The notes beneath the pieces are model-generated. The model saw only the letters and a list, made by a program, of their open reading frames with translations. It did no database searches and was not told the origin of the DNA. Shown one piece after another: positions 49,109 to 63,436 of a stretch of DNA of 64,000 nucleotides. Within the stretch, counting starts at the first letter, position 1, and the number at the start of each line of letters is the position of its first letter. Origin of the DNA: Eledone cirrhosa (lineage: Eukaryota); assembly GCA_964016885.1 (NCBI GenBank), contig OZ024747.1, forward strand, positions 88,350,001-88,414,000, given 5' to 3'. A program made the position numbers and the translations under genes.

Positions 49109-49469
49109 ACTATTCTCATCTAAGTATCCAGGCAAAGCGTGGACTCTGGAAACTTATTAAAAAATAATTCAGTTGATAGAAAATAGCAAAGCGTGGACTG
49201 AATTCCTAGCCATTGAGAAAATCACTGCCTCTGCGTCGGTGGCAAATTCAAAAAGAATCAATCACGTGACATCGAGGTCAATCAGTGGAAAGTGGTTTGC
49301 TAATAAGAGAGCGGCCTGCCTGCTACCATAGCGTCTCTCATATTATTGTTCTGCAAATTATTGTTCTGCAACCCCATGCATTGAACCACAAAGTTACTAA
49401 GACAAAACCTATATATTTGCTAGCATTGATATGCATCTGTATGTATATATATGTTACTAGATATTAATT

Positions 49470-49527
<58 letters not shown>

Positions 49528-49549
49528 TATATAATATATATATATATAT

Positions 49550-49676
<127 letters not shown>

Positions 49677-49819
49677 AATGAAGTAATTCCATCGGAAAAG
49701 TCCAGGAAAAAAGAGTGCTCTATGTAGGCAACAGAGCTTAATTATTATTATTATGTAATAAACAAATTCAATAAACAAACCAGGATTTTAATCCAAATTC
49801 AATAAACAAACCAGGATTT

Positions 49820-49879
49820 TTCCGTTCTGATGATTGAAAGCAAAACCTTTTGCTTTTAAGAAACCACTGGTAAATGGAA
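49820..49879 (+). ncRNA. Type I hammerhead ribozyme
   Basis: TTCCGTT-CTGATGA-TTGAAAGCAAAA-CC-TTTTGCTTTTAA-GAAA-CCACTGG-TA^-AATGGAA. 7-bp stem I, long stem II and a GUA site. Confidence 0.85.
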
Positions 49880-49908
49880 TAATTGCCTTATGTTGTTTAT
49901 TACATAAT

Positions 49909-50030
<122 letters not shown>

Positions 50031-50052
50031 ATTATGTAATAAACAACATATA

Positions 50053-50199
50053 TGATTTTAGTCCAGAATGAGCCGTCGAAACGGCTTGAGCTCAGCTGTC
50101 GGGGTCCTACTCGTTCCTATCACCCCCACTCTACTACCCTAAGTATTGAGTACTTTGGTGCGTTATGGTTCACCTGGTTCCTTACCACATTTCCTCCGT

Positions 50200-50200
<1 letters not shown>
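50053..50200 (+). mobile_element. Short (TA)n-inserted element, copy 2 (single arm)
   Basis: Matches 48019-48164. Confidence 0.85.
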
Positions 50201-50232
<32 letters not shown>

Positions 50233-50521
50233 TATATATATATTATAAATATATATATAATATATATATATATATAAAATATATATATATATATAATATA
50301 TATATATATATATTATAAATATATATATAATATATATATATATATAAAATATATATATATATAAAATATATATATAATATATATAATATATATATAAAAT
50401 ATATATATATATAAAATATATATATAATATATATATAAAATATACATATAATATATATATATATATATATAAAATATATATATAAAATATATATATAATA
50501 TATATATATAAAATATATATA

Positions 50522-50596
<75 letters not shown>

Positions 50597-50843
50597 ATAT
50601 ATATACATATATAAATAATATATATACACATATAATATATATATGTATATAAAAATATATATAAATTCTGTGGTGTCAAGACCGTGGAAACCACAAATCA
50701 GGGTAGTACTCTATGCATGAGAAGAAGCAGAGTGTGTGTAAAAGTAGTTAAAACCCCCACCGCAACGCCTAGCCATTGTTGTCGGGTTTTTAACTTCCTT
50801 CCTTTATATATATATAGGCACCATTATAAATATCATTCCTCAA

Positions 50844-51032
50844 CGGCGGTGGATTGGCAGTATCAGTAGAGGGTCGGACGCCATGCTTTCCAGCATAGTT
50901 ACGTCCCTTTACGATCTGAGTTCAAATCCCGTCGAGGTTGACTTTGCCTTTCATCCTTACGGGGTCGATAGAATAAAGTACCAGTAATGCACTGGGTAAT
51001 TGCTGGCCTTGTGCCTAAAGTAGAAACAATTA
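50844..51032 (+). mobile_element. SINE family 1, clean full-length copy
   Basis: ggcggtggattggcagtatcag..gagttcaaatccc..gcctttcatccttacggggtcgat..gtagaaacaatta. The flanking sequence attataaatatcattcctc occurs on both sides as a likely TSD. Confidence 0.9.
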
Positions 51033-51663
51033 TAAATATCATTCCTCTACGCGCATACATTCATGCACCTTTACAAATAACTGCACGCACACACACTACT
51101 GCAATCATTGCCGCATAAATGCGTGTTAAAATGTTGGACGTGATTCTTCATATATATATATTTGTGTTTATGTAAGTATGTATACACATACACTCACACA
51201 TATAATATTCCATAATGAATCAAACATTCAAGCATATTTTAAAATCGTCCTTATGGGACACACAGCAAATAGATGTGTTATTAAGGGCAATATAATGTAA
51301 TATGTTCCTGGATATATCTTCAAAAATTATACCATCTTCTCGTTTTCCCACATAGCTGCGTCCATTATACAACACATATAAATACATCATTGTACACACG
51401 CATACATCTATACAAATATATATATATATATACATAATGTATGTATATATATATATATATATAATATATGTATATATATCTATATATGTTTATATATATA
51501 TAATATATGTATATATATGTATATGTGTACGTATATGTATATATATATGTATATATATATGTATATATATATATTAATATATGTATATATATGTATATGT
51601 GTATATATATATATATATATGTGCCTATATATATGTATGTATATATGTATATATGTATATATA

Positions 51664-51714
<51 letters not shown>

Positions 51715-51719
<5 letters not shown>

Positions 51720-51980
51720 ACTTTGATCAACTTGACCGACCAGCCTGTCGGGCGTCAATTGGCGCCGCTGGTCACAGCACGTCGTGCTGTTTTAGCCATA
51801 AGATAACGCCATCCCACTGGCTGGGCGGGCAGGCCGGTACTCATTTCTACAGCTGAGTAAACTGGAGCAACGTGAAATAAAGTGTCTTGCTCAAGGAAAT
51901 AACACATCACCCAGTCCGAGAATTGAACTCACAACCTTTAACCTTTCTATTTCAAGCCCAATGCTCTAACTACTAAGCCA
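51715..51980 (-). mobile_element. SINE with a family 2 head and a different body
   Basis: Minus strand reads tggcttagtagttagagc..gagttcaattctc..ccttgagcaagacactttatttcacgttgctccag..gctgtagaaatgagtacc. Confidence 0.7.
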
Positions 51981-52121
51981 TATGATATATCTCATATGAA
52001 ATAATGCAGCCAATTATCCACACAATACAATATAGTTAGCACCCCAAACGTTTAATTGGGAATATACTCAGGTATTTCCTAATGTTTGTTGAGTGATTCG
52101 GAATTTAGCTTTCTCCGATTA

Positions 52122-52248
<127 letters not shown>

Positions 52249-52593
52249 CAGATATATAATATATCTTTAAGGTTGTGCCAGTTATACCTAACTGGTTATG
52301 AGTATTTCAGGGTTTTGACAAGAAAATGTTTTATGAATTATATATGGAGTGGAAGATGAGATGTCGTAGGCTTTGAGCATGTCTGGTAAATATCATCTTA
52401 AGTTGCAACCGGGAAGAATAATTTGGCTCGTAAACTCACCTTTCTGGAATCATAGAACCTACATTCTGGTGCGTATAACTACTGGTGTGTTAAATATGGT
52501 TTACGCTACGACATTTATCTCTTATAGCATATCTTGTATTTTTTATTCGCTCTCTCATAAACAGACACATGCACACACACTCATACACACACT

Positions 52594-52666
<73 letters not shown>

Positions 52667-53111
52667 ACACACACACACACATACACCCCCCCCCCACACA
52701 TATATATATTTAATTTATATATCTGAATATATCTACACAAACCTCTGAACGTAAAGTTATTCTTTTTATATATTTTAAAACTGTGAACGCCGAAGCTAGA
52801 ATCTTTTGATATGAAGCCTATTAATATGTCCTGAACTGAATGTCTGGATTTCAAAATAATCTTACAATTTGCATACAATTATATAATTGCCATTGTCGAA
52901 GGTTATTTATAAACTAAGCTTGGTACTATTCAATTAAAAATATATTGAGGATATTTATGTTTTAGTTCGAGATAAATTGTGCATGAATGTGTAGAATGAA
53001 GACTGATACATTTGCATGCAAGTTAATCTTTATTCAGTCAATGTTAATCTGTTCAAAACGACACGATGCTAAAACGTCTGTTGAATCATGAATATATATA
53101 GGCCATATTTA

Positions 53112-53192
<81 letters not shown>

Positions 53193-53195
<3 letters not shown>

Positions 53196-53402
53196 CGGAG
53201 GAAATGTGGTAAGGAACCGTGGACCATAACGCACCAAAGTACTCAATACTTAGAGTAGTAGAGTGGGTAATAGGAACGAGTAGGACCCCGACGGCTGAGC
53301 TCAAGCCGTTTCGACGGCTAATTCTGGACTAATTCTGGACTAATTCCGTCCAGAATTAGCCGTCGAAACGGCTTGAGCTCAGCCGTCGGGGTCCTACTCG
53401 TT

Positions 53403-53406
<4 letters not shown>
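53193..53406 (-). mobile_element. Short (TA)n-inserted fold-back element, copy 3
   Basis: Reverse orientation of copy 1; arms 53271-53329 and 53348-53406. Confidence 0.85.
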
Positions 53407-53462
<56 letters not shown>

Positions 53463-53499
53463 CTGTATTCCCAGTCTTTGCTCCTAGATACAGGAAGTT

Positions 53500-53623
53500 C
53501 TGAACCAATTCTGTAGCCCTAAGGACAGACACTGGTCTCTTGGAGACGCAGGACATAGCAGCGATGATGAGGGACAGAGACCGCCGGAGAGAACTCGTCC
53601 ATGGATCTCGGGAATTTTACCCG

Positions 53624-53627
<4 letters not shown>
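53500..53627 (+). mobile_element. RTE-like LINE extreme C-terminal fragment
   Basis: ALRTDTGLLETQDIAAMMRDRDRRRELV resembles the L..DTGL..M.DR..WR end motif of RTE-type ORFs. Confidence 0.5.
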
Positions 53628-53669
<42 letters not shown>

Positions 53670-53677
<8 letters not shown>

Positions 53678-54707
53678 TAAAACATGTCTATAGAATCACT
53701 AGATAAATATATATACCGTTTCCTCTCCCAATTAGCATAATTAACCATATAAAAAATCAATTAGACCAAGCTATAAGAATAAAGGCTCCAATGAAGAAAT
53801 CTCCGACAAATAACCGAAAGCAGCCCCTTCGCGGTGGTTACGACGGAGTATTATCGAACATTTCGACAGCATGTATAAATCGACCAGATATACAGTCAAC
53901 TAAACACAATTAGGTGTAAAATAAACTTGGAAGAAATGTGTACGTATTTAATTACCTCTACCATGGTTTCGTCCGTATTTTAAGACATCCGATAACAGGG
54001 GACATCTAGAGCTTCGGATTCATCAGGAGTTAGCTCAAATTTAGACAATTAATTTTCCAAAGTGATCGCGCCAAGAATACATTAAAAAATGGCTAAGAAT
54101 CGTGACGTGGCAGCGGTCAAGTTAGAAAAGATGTGATTAGTTGCTTACGGCTGGTAGGCTTATTGCTAGAAAGCGCAGCCCAATACAGCCAAATTGTGTC
54201 TCAACCTAACGGGAGATTATTACATATAAAGGTTTACATATATATATAAAGTCATAGATATATATGTGTTTTGCAACCGGTCACGTTGTGGCTCAATGAA
54301 GAATTAATAAATTAAATGATCAGAGCTATATATCATAAAACATTTCTTCCAAGTTTATTTTACACCTAATTGTGTTTAGTTGACTGTATATCTGGTCGAT
54401 TTATACATGCTGTCGAAATATTCGATAAATACTCCGTGGTAACCGCCGCGAAGGGGCTGCTTTCGGTTATTTGTCGGAGATTTCTTCATAATAGCCTTTA
54501 TTCTTATAGCTTGGTCTAATTGAATTTTTATATGGTTAATTATGCTAATTGGGAGAGGAAACGGTATATATTTTATCTGGTGATTCTATAGACATGTTTT
54601 ATGATATATAGCTCTGATCATTTAATTTATTAATTCATCATTGAGCCACAACGTGACCCGTTGCAAAACACATATATATCTATTACTTTATATATATATG
54701 TAAACCT

Positions 54708-54716
<9 letters not shown>
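53670..54716. mobile_element. Penelope-like pseudo-LTR island with partial tandem plus inverted arrangement
   Basis: 53670-53939 is inverted at 54340-54610, and 54221-54343 is inverted at about 54592-54716. The island holds a hammerhead and is bounded by (TA)n. Confidence 0.82.
53953..54032 (-). ncRNA. Type I hammerhead ribozyme
   Basis: Minus strand reads CTC-CTGATGA-A-TCCG..AGATGTCC..GGATGTCT..CGGA-C-GAAA-CCATGG-TA^-GAG. Confidence 0.75.
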
Positions 54717-54775
<59 letters not shown>

Positions 54776-54859
54776 CTTCGATTTGGAATAAAGCTTCGAT
54801 TCATTTTAAAAAATATTATATTATATATGTCAATAACAACAACACTACAGATATTTAAA

Positions 54860-54975
54860 AACGGAAAATGAAGAAAAAGGGAAGGGCTAGGGTTACAGAA
54901 GAATGGGAGGGAGAAGAGAGAGGGTGATGGGCTCTGGGACCAGGGTTTGGCGGTGTTGGGGCTTCACCTACGGAC
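54860..54975 (-). mobile_element. CRE-like 3' UTR fragment
   Basis: Similar to 38810-38995 (acagaagaatggg..tgatgggctct..gcggt.ttgggg). Confidence 0.55.
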
Positions 54976-55194
54976 AACCCCGCAAAGACATTGTGTATGA
55001 ATTATTTAGCTAGCTAACTAGTTACTTCAGCTAAATAACAACAGAAGAATGCTAATATTAATGCTAATATTTCGTTTTATGCCATCGCATATTTGTACTA
55101 CATAACATGGATTTATAAAAGTAATCATAGCCGCATAAATGTGGATGATCACGTTGATTTTATATATATATATATATATATCAATATATATATA

Positions 55195-55270
<76 letters not shown>

Positions 55271-55273
<3 letters not shown>

Positions 55274-55814
55274 TGGCTGCCAACTCGTTTTCGAGTACGG
55301 CCACTACTTTATATCCATGTAGGAGAACTCCTACCGATGCGCTGTGTGACTTTTTAGTCCAGCCAGCGACTTGAAAACTCTGGTTCAAACACTGCACTTG
55401 TGACAATTATTGACACATAGTGCTGGGCTCATGGTACCATGTGACGACAAGTGCAGAGAGATCTCCAGATATAAAACAATGCCTGTGCCGTGAAGCTTTT
55501 ATAGTGAGCAAAGGCACTGCACAAAGCCAGTCCCACTCTCTTAACCAAGATGATATTTACCAAAAAGAAGAACAAGTCAACATCATTGGATACCATCAGA
55601 GTTGCAGGTGTTATATCAGAGTTTTCCTTCTCCTAGAATTCTGCCTTGACAAAGGCTAAGGGGTCATCTCTCCCAGTGATTTTGGATGGCCATTGACTCT
55701 TAAGATACTCCTTTGCCCTTTGACAGGTTTTGTTTTTAGTCCTGCAGGATGTCCAAAGTCACCCTCCTCACCAAGAAACCTTGCTAGGGTTGCCAGTTTA
55801 GTCGCCAACGACCC
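55271..55814 (-). mobile_element. Non-autonomous RTE-derived element, family A
   Basis: Reverse complement of 13187-13735, flanked by (TA)n. Confidence 0.88.
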
Positions 55815-55910
55815 AATATATATATATCTCAATATATATATATATCAAATATATATATATAAATATATATATATATACATATATATAAATATATATATAT
55901 ATATACATAT

Positions 55911-55941
<31 letters not shown>

Positions 55942-56000
55942 TATAAATATATATATATATATACATATATATAAATATATATATATATACATATATATAA

Positions 56001-56031
<31 letters not shown>

Positions 56032-56041
56032 CATATACATA

Positions 56042-56105
<64 letters not shown>

Positions 56106-56132
56106 CACATATACATATATATATATATATAT

Positions 56133-56200
<68 letters not shown>

Positions 56201-56202
56201 AT

Positions 56203-56270
<68 letters not shown>

Positions 56271-56321
56271 AAAATATATATCAATATATATATATCAAAT
56301 ATATCAATATATATATTTATA

Positions 56322-56439
56322 TAAATATAAGTATGTATACGTACATACATATATGTATACGGACGTACAGTAGTATGTATATACATACTACTGTACGTCT
56401 GTATACATATATGTATGTACGTATACATACTTATATTTA
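56322..56439. repeat. Spacerless 118-bp palindrome
   Basis: 56322-56380 pairs with 56381-56439 with one mismatch. A single arm also occurs at 745-800. Confidence 0.9.
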
Positions 56440-56779
56440 AGTATCAGCCGTACTAAGAATGAGAAATGAAACTTCATTTTTTCCATTTATATATATATAT
56501 ATATATATCAATATCAATATCAATATATATATATATATCGACAAGCCGCTGAGATGTCAGGAGTTCATATAATGTCAGTGGTATTTCTGTTATTAGCTAG
56601 CTAATTAAATAAGTAATCCAGTTAAACAATTCATACTCAGTCCCTACTAATATATTAGATAGATATAAAGTCACGATTCAGCACACCTTGAAGCTATAAA
56701 CCTTATGTTTAAACTGGTCCAATCAACGTCGTTGTAGATATGTTCTGCAAAGAAATTACTCGAAATTGTGATAGTAACA

Positions 56780-56998
56780 TGATTTCTACTATAGGTACAG
56801 GGCCGGCAATTTGGTGGAGGAGGGAAAAGTCGATTAAATCAATCTCAGTGCATTACTGGTACATTATTCTATCGACTCCGTAAAGATGAAAGGTAAAGCT
56901 AACCTCAGCGGGATTTGAACTCAGAACGTAAAGGGCCGTAACTCTATGCTACGAAGCATGGTGTCCGACGCTCTACCGATACTGCCCATCCACCACCC
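56780..56998 (-). mobile_element. SINE family 1
   Basis: Family consensus. Confidence 0.85.
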
Positions 56999-58009
56999 TA
57001 ACTGTGATAGTAATATATAATTAACTAACATTTCGTAAGTGCAAAAGGTTGCGTTCGAATCCCGCTTCCCTGTGTAAAGGTTGGATCCCACTGTTTTATT
57101 ATATTTAGCTGTAATTGTTTAACCTCGAGTTCGGACCTGATTAATCAGACATAATATGAAAGGTTCTCCAGCAACTAACATTCCGTCTTTCTTTCTCATA
57201 AATATAGATTATCTAGGATTACATTCTCTAATGTGTTCTTTTTTTGACAAGATAATTTATATATATTGATGTCTGTTTTATAACTAAAACTAGGAAAAAT
57301 AACTTAAACGTTCCTTAGAACGATATGATATACGTTATGATATACGTGTATTACTTGATATTAAACTTCCACTATGTTACAAGCTATCATATATTATTAA
57401 GTATTGTAATTAATGGAAGAAATTATACAGTGTAATTCTGAATAATTCTAGTTTTTTTCTTTTTTTTATAAATCTCTTTCATTTTCTGATTTAAAGTTAT
57501 AAAAATTCTCCCGGCAATTCTCAGCTGAAAATTACTCACATTTTAATTGAGTAGATCTGGGTTTCAAAAAATAAACCTGGGAGTATTATAATGTTTTTAA
57601 TTAAATTCAAATTGATTTAATTAAATTCAAATTAAAATCTGATTGAAAATAAGATTTGAGAAAAGAAACTTTACTGACATTCATATCAATGAATGCATAT
57701 AATACCATACAGAACTGTGGTTAATACACAATATATAGATAAAGCATAGATAAAGAAACATACTGTCATTAAAGCATGGTAGCTTAAGGGTACAGGACCA
57801 TTTAAAGACCATCACCACCACGAGACTGGTCGGGGAAAACGAAATATAGGTCAAGATACATACATTCTTACAGTTGAAAATGTGTGTTTGTATGTAAGTA
57901 TGAATATCAGCAAACTACATCATCGCTACCTCAATGATATATGCCTGGACAATGTTGGAAAACGTACTCCGGCGGGCAGAATCCAAGGTGCATGTCGAGT
58001 CATGGTCCC

Positions 58010-58326
58010 AGCAAAAAGAATAAAGAAAACGTTGCCCCAGAGAATAGAGAGGAAACGTGTTAAAATAGCCGTTCTAAATCACCGAGCTCACTCCAGCTCG
58101 TGACCAACTCCGCCCCGTTAGGATTGAGTAGGGAGGAGGTTCTGTGACCAAGAACACCGAAAGACTCTACCGCTATATGTTCAACAACAAACCTATCGAA
58201 AAGCGGCCGATACATCAACATCTTGTGATCTTCAACTTGACAAGCAACAAATCCTGAGTCTGATTCCGAATGCATTAGGTTGCTACTGGAGAAAATGTTG
58301 CTGTATCTCGCATCCCAGATAAATGC
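58010..58326 (-). mobile_element. CRE-like RLE domain fragment
   Basis: FIWDA..EDHKMLMYRPL.DRFVVEHIAVESFGVLG..LERLF. Confidence 0.7.
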
Positions 58327-58415
58327 GTGTGTGTGTGTATGGTGGGGGGAGAGGATACCACTAAGGTATACTTGGACCGATCACATCATCTGGAATGCAT
58401 GAGCGTAGACATCAA

Positions 58416-58669
58416 CAGGGGTGGTGGAACTGGTGGAGGAACAGGAGGGCCATATCCCCCTCGCCCCTCCTTAATATATTTCTCCCCAAACTACCAAAAC
58501 ACATAGCTATTTGTTTATGCGCTACAATTTATGTAAATGTTATGTTTATCATATATCGAAATTTTTTATTTCTTGGTTGATATTTGATAATAACAGCTAA
58601 ACTAATCACTACAATTAAATTGACCATATTGGCCCTCCCCCAAATTCAGAAATGGTGCCACCGCCCCTG
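58416..58669. mobile_element. MITE-like element, deleted copy of 31861-32346
   Basis: caggggtggt...accgcccctg termini, with shared internal sequence. Confidence 0.65.
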
Positions 58670-59164
58670 GTAAATAAAAGCTACGATTGACCATTTGGTG
58701 GTGTTCAACCGATTTGCAGATCAGGTCCACCCTAGTATATATGAATATAGTTACAACTACACCAACAAAAACGACAACAACAACCAACTAATACAATGAA
58801 CATGAAAGCATGCATACATACCAAATCAATGGAAATATGTGAAGCAACATACGAATACTTAAACATCATACGTATACTTAACATATATATCCTTAAACAG
58901 CATATGTATCCTTGAACAACACATGTATACTTAAACAACACATGCAACTTTAACAAACTTATACATTCATATTACCACAATTTTACGCAAATACAAGCTC
59001 AGATATTGTTGTTGGACCTCTGTGGTTTCCAGCTACGAGTGCCCCAGTTGATTTAAAGAACTAAACTGCTTGCTTATGAAATTAATGTATAGGTGGCTGA
59101 ACATGCAACAGACACGTGTACCCTTAATGTGAGACAACGCTGGCTCCTTGGATTAAAGGTATAT

Positions 59165-60356
59165 CTATTTTTTGCCAACTGGCGGCTATTTATAGACAGC
59201 TCCACCACAAGTTTGAAGGCTGTCCTCCTCCACAATGGAAACAAGTTCCCGACACTGCCCCTAGTCCATTCAGTCTGCCTGAAGGAAGATTACTACAGTG
59301 TGAAAGTTGTCTTGGAAGCTCTGCAATACAACCAGTACAATTGGGAAATCATTGGAGACTTCAAGATGGTGGCTTTCCTGCTTGGACTCCAAGGAGGCTT
59401 TAACAAATTCCAATGCTTCCTCTGCCTTTGGGACAGCAGAGCCACCTCTGACCACTACAAAAGAAAGAACTGGGAGCAGCGAACAGTATTTGTAGTTGGG
59501 ACCCGGAACGTCATATGGGAGCCACTGGTTGATCACAGGATTGTGCTCATGCCGCCACTGCACATTAAGTTGGGGTTGATGAAGCAGTTTGTGAAGGCTC
59601 TCAACCAAGAATCAGCCGCTTTTAAGTACCTTCTTGAGTTCTTCCCCAAGTTATCTGAGGCCAAAATCAAAGGTGGAATTTTTGTTGGACCTCAGATAAA
59701 GGTGTTTGAGTCTACCGAGTTCTCCAATAAGCTCAATAGGATTGAGAGAACATCATGAACTGTTTCAAGGCAGTTGTTAAGGGCTTCCTGGGCAACTACA
59801 GAGCTGAAAACTACCAGTAACTGGTGCAGGATCTGATAAAGGCTTTTGGCGCCATGGGATGCAGGATGTAGCTTAAACTCCATATGCTGGACGCTCTCCT
59901 GGAAAAATTCAAGGACAATATGGGCGCCTACTCAGAAGAACAAGGCGAACGATTCTACGAAGATCTGAAAGAGATAGAGCGGAGGTACCAGAGCCACTAC
60001 AATGAAAAAATGGTGGGGGACTATATCTGGGGGCTAGTGCGGGAATGCGACCTGGACTACAACCGCAAATCCAGGAAATCCAGTCATTTCTGACGTGTAT
60101 AAGTTGCTTTATAAGTGTTATTTGTTTTTACTTGTTTGCTTTTGATAAGCTTGTGTAATAAAATAAATATATACTCTGTTGATTTAATTATATGAACTGA
60201 TAAATTAAAAAAAAATGTGCTTTTTCTTGAAAAATATGAAAATTTCGAAATATCAAACTCCTGACCACAAACCCAAACTTTCTTTTATAATAATCGGATA
60301 TAACAAACCAGAAAATGACACTTAGAACCGGGGAACAAAAAATATGTTACACGGTG
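59165..60356 (+). mobile_element. 3' half of a Chapaev3-like DNA transposon (decayed transposase)
   Basis: WRLFIDSS..SLKAVLLHNGN, IGDFKMVAFLLGLQGG..CFLCLWDSR, PPLHIKLGLMKQFVKAL, GAYSEEQGERFY and MVGDYIW, with in-frame stops. Ends in gttacacggtg followed by TAA. Confidence 0.78.
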
Positions 60357-60513
60357 TAATCCGACGTCGTGTCCTCTTTTAAGATGATAGGATTTAGCTT
60401 AATGAAATTTTGGCAGAAGTCTGAAAGACCAAGACCACATAGAAAATCCTTTATTGGCTCAAGATAGAAAAGGTGTGTATGCTCGCTTATATATTTGTAT
60501 GTGTGTATGTGTT

Positions 60514-60635
<122 letters not shown>

Positions 60636-61273
60636 TTCCGTCTGTGTTTACGTTTATGTCTGCATATGTGATCGATAAAATAAGTATTAAACTGAAAAAC
60701 TAAATACTGCGGTCGATATGATCGACTTTAATTATATTTGTTAGCACAATAGAAGTTTTGAATGCAATCTGTGACATTTGGAACAGAAAATATTTTCTTA
60801 AACATCATTTTAAATGTTAACAATATATCCAGAGCACCGTGACGCCTCTGTTGAGAATTGGTAGATAATATCGATTGAGAGGGCACTACTTTTATAGTCG
60901 ATTTTTGTGGCGGTAAGTTGTTCTTAATAATGGTGCGATTGCACTAACATATCGTCATTGTGGAGGTGTAACTGGTGAGGATAACAGACAGCTGTTCTTC
61001 CTGTCAGATCACAGAATAGATCAATAATAGCTGTTGCTTCGGTTATTATATAATTAAACCTCCTTCCGCATTGATTTTAAATCCTGCAGTTTTTACACAC
61101 ACATACACACACATGCACACACACACATGCACATGCACACACGCATGCACACACACATACACACACACATATTGATGTGTTATGTTTGTAAGCATGTGAA
61201 TTTATGTATACTTATGTGAAGATATATGCCTGCTGTGTTTGTTTACAAGTATGCAGACATATGCGCACGCAAT

Positions 61274-61396
<123 letters not shown>

Positions 61397-61499
61397 GTGC
61401 CATATGTATAGTTGTGTCTGTGTTGTGTGTGTGACACATGTACTCACTTAGGCACCCATGGTTCCAAAATAATAACACACTTCAACACACGCTAAAAGG

Positions 61500-61790
61500 T
61501 TAACTGACCTCAGGCGTATTTGGACCCCGTACTGCCGAGCTTCTCCGCAAGATCGGAACGTCAGCAGCCCCTCTGAGAAAGAAGCTCCGCCAGTTGGGGT
61601 GGCTGTTGCAGCGGGTGTCGCTGGCCATTGTCCATGAGAATGTTTTTGTGGTCTTGTCCACAGGGCACAGTCCCAACACCACCGCGCCCTTGGCATTGAG
61701 CCCATCACCTTCGGCCTTTCCCCACCCATTCTTCTGTGACCCTACTGCCCTTTCCTTTCCTTTTCTTTTTTCATAACCACAAAAGACATT
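61500..61790 (+). mobile_element. CRE-like 3' end
   Basis: TSGVFGPRTAELLRKIG..GWLLQRVSLAIVHENVFVVLS plus the shared UTR. Confidence 0.7.
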
Positions 61791-62919
61791 CAACTGACTA
61801 ACGTCCACACTCCTTCACACATATTTTCACGCCACTCATATTTTTATCCTACTCAGCTCCCTATCCAACCTCTCTTTAGTTCCAAATCATCTCCAGTTTC
61901 TCTGCGACTCCCCTGTTCTAGCATGGCTGACATTTGATCATACATATTTATTTTATTCCGTTTTTCCTTTCTTCTTATGTGTCTTTTTTCCATGTTTTCC
62001 TTTCCGATGAAGAACTAGAGTCTTCAATCTTCTTCTCCTTCTTCTTGTCCCCTATAGCATTTTGAATAAAGGAAACAAGATTGCTAGCCCTTGCAGTTAA
62101 TCTCTTCTTAACAGAAGCCCCAAACCAACTAGTAACTGAAATTCTATAAATTTTAGAAAAAGCTGAATATTAGAATTTGATGAATGACTTAATAATAGCT
62201 TCAAAGAATATAACGGAAAACAACAAATCCAAAGAAACTACCAAGTGAATTTATAATATTTCAAAATGTTTTAATACAAAATCAAATAAGCGAATAAATG
62301 TGATGAAACAAGTACAAAATTACATAATCTTTTAATTATAAGAATGAAGTATTGAATGAATTGGTATACTATGAAATTGCATTAAACAATTATATGAAAT
62401 TAGTCTACGTATAATATTACAATATGACCTGTGTTGAAACCCCCAAAGACGATCGAGGAAATGTTATTAGCTGACATGCAGTGACAAGCTCCTGAAGAAT
62501 TTCATAATGTTGAAATTACTTCATATTAACTAGCGTAAATAATTATAATTGTCTCTCCATATAATTGAGTTCAATAAAGGCTAAATATTGTGTTCTAATT
62601 GGAATGTTTACATTAATAATTGGTTTTGCATACATATACTATAGCAAAGTTGAGTTAACACTGAGAAAATCATAAGATTTCTAGCCAATAACGGGAAATT
62701 ACAGATGTGAGGTTAATTATTTTCAAGTGAGAGAAACACACACTGTTAACTGGAAATGCAGCGACAACTTCAGTTCCGTTTAGGGGAGTCAGGTAATAAA
62801 GTAAGAAAACGAAGTTTCCTAGAAAACCAGTTCTAATTGAGGGCATTAAGGAAGATAAAGGCAATTTGAAAAGTAAAATTGCAATATAATATATAATATA
62901 GGGTATAATATGATCTAAT

Positions 62920-63316
62920 ATAATTGTTTCTACTTTTGGCACAAGGCCAGCAATTACCCAGTACATGACTGGTACTTCATTTTATCGACCCCGTAAGGAT
63001 GAAAGGCAAAGTTAACCTCGGCGGGATTTGAACTCAGAATGGAAAGGACCGTAACTCTATGCGTCAAAGCATGGCGTCCGACCCTCTACCGATACTGCCA
63101 ATCAATATAATATAATATAATATAATATAATTGTTTCTACTTTAGGCACAAGGCCAGCAATTACCCAATACATTACTGGTATTTTATTTTATCGACCCCG
63201 TAAGGATGAAAGGCAAAGTTAACCTAGGCGGGATTTGAACTCAGACTGTAAAGGGACGTAACTATGCTAGAAAGCATGGTGTCTGACGCTCTGCCGATTC
63301 TGCCAATCTACCACCC
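62920..63316 (-). mobile_element. Two tandem SINE family 1 copies in an (AATAT)n context
   Basis: 62920-63103 and 63127-63316; (AATAT)n at 63104-63130 and 63318-63397. Confidence 0.88.
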
Positions 63317-63436
63317 CTATAATATAATATAATATAATATAATATAATATAATATAATATAATATAATATAATATAATATAATATAATATAATATAATGC
63401 AATGTAATCTAATCTAATCTAACCTAATGTAATATA

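Noticed and set aside
50844-50935. tRNA gene
   Set aside because: A and B boxes are present but I could not fold a cloverleaf. It continues into a SINE body shared by many copies.
59093-59165. N-terminus of the 221-aa ORF as a real transposase start
   Set aside because: It derives from an adjacent SINE family 2 fragment; transposase similarity begins near WRLFIDSS.
61995-62030. CCGATGAAGA possible Penelope hammerhead remnant
   Set aside because: The core is mutated and no GAAA or stem III follows.
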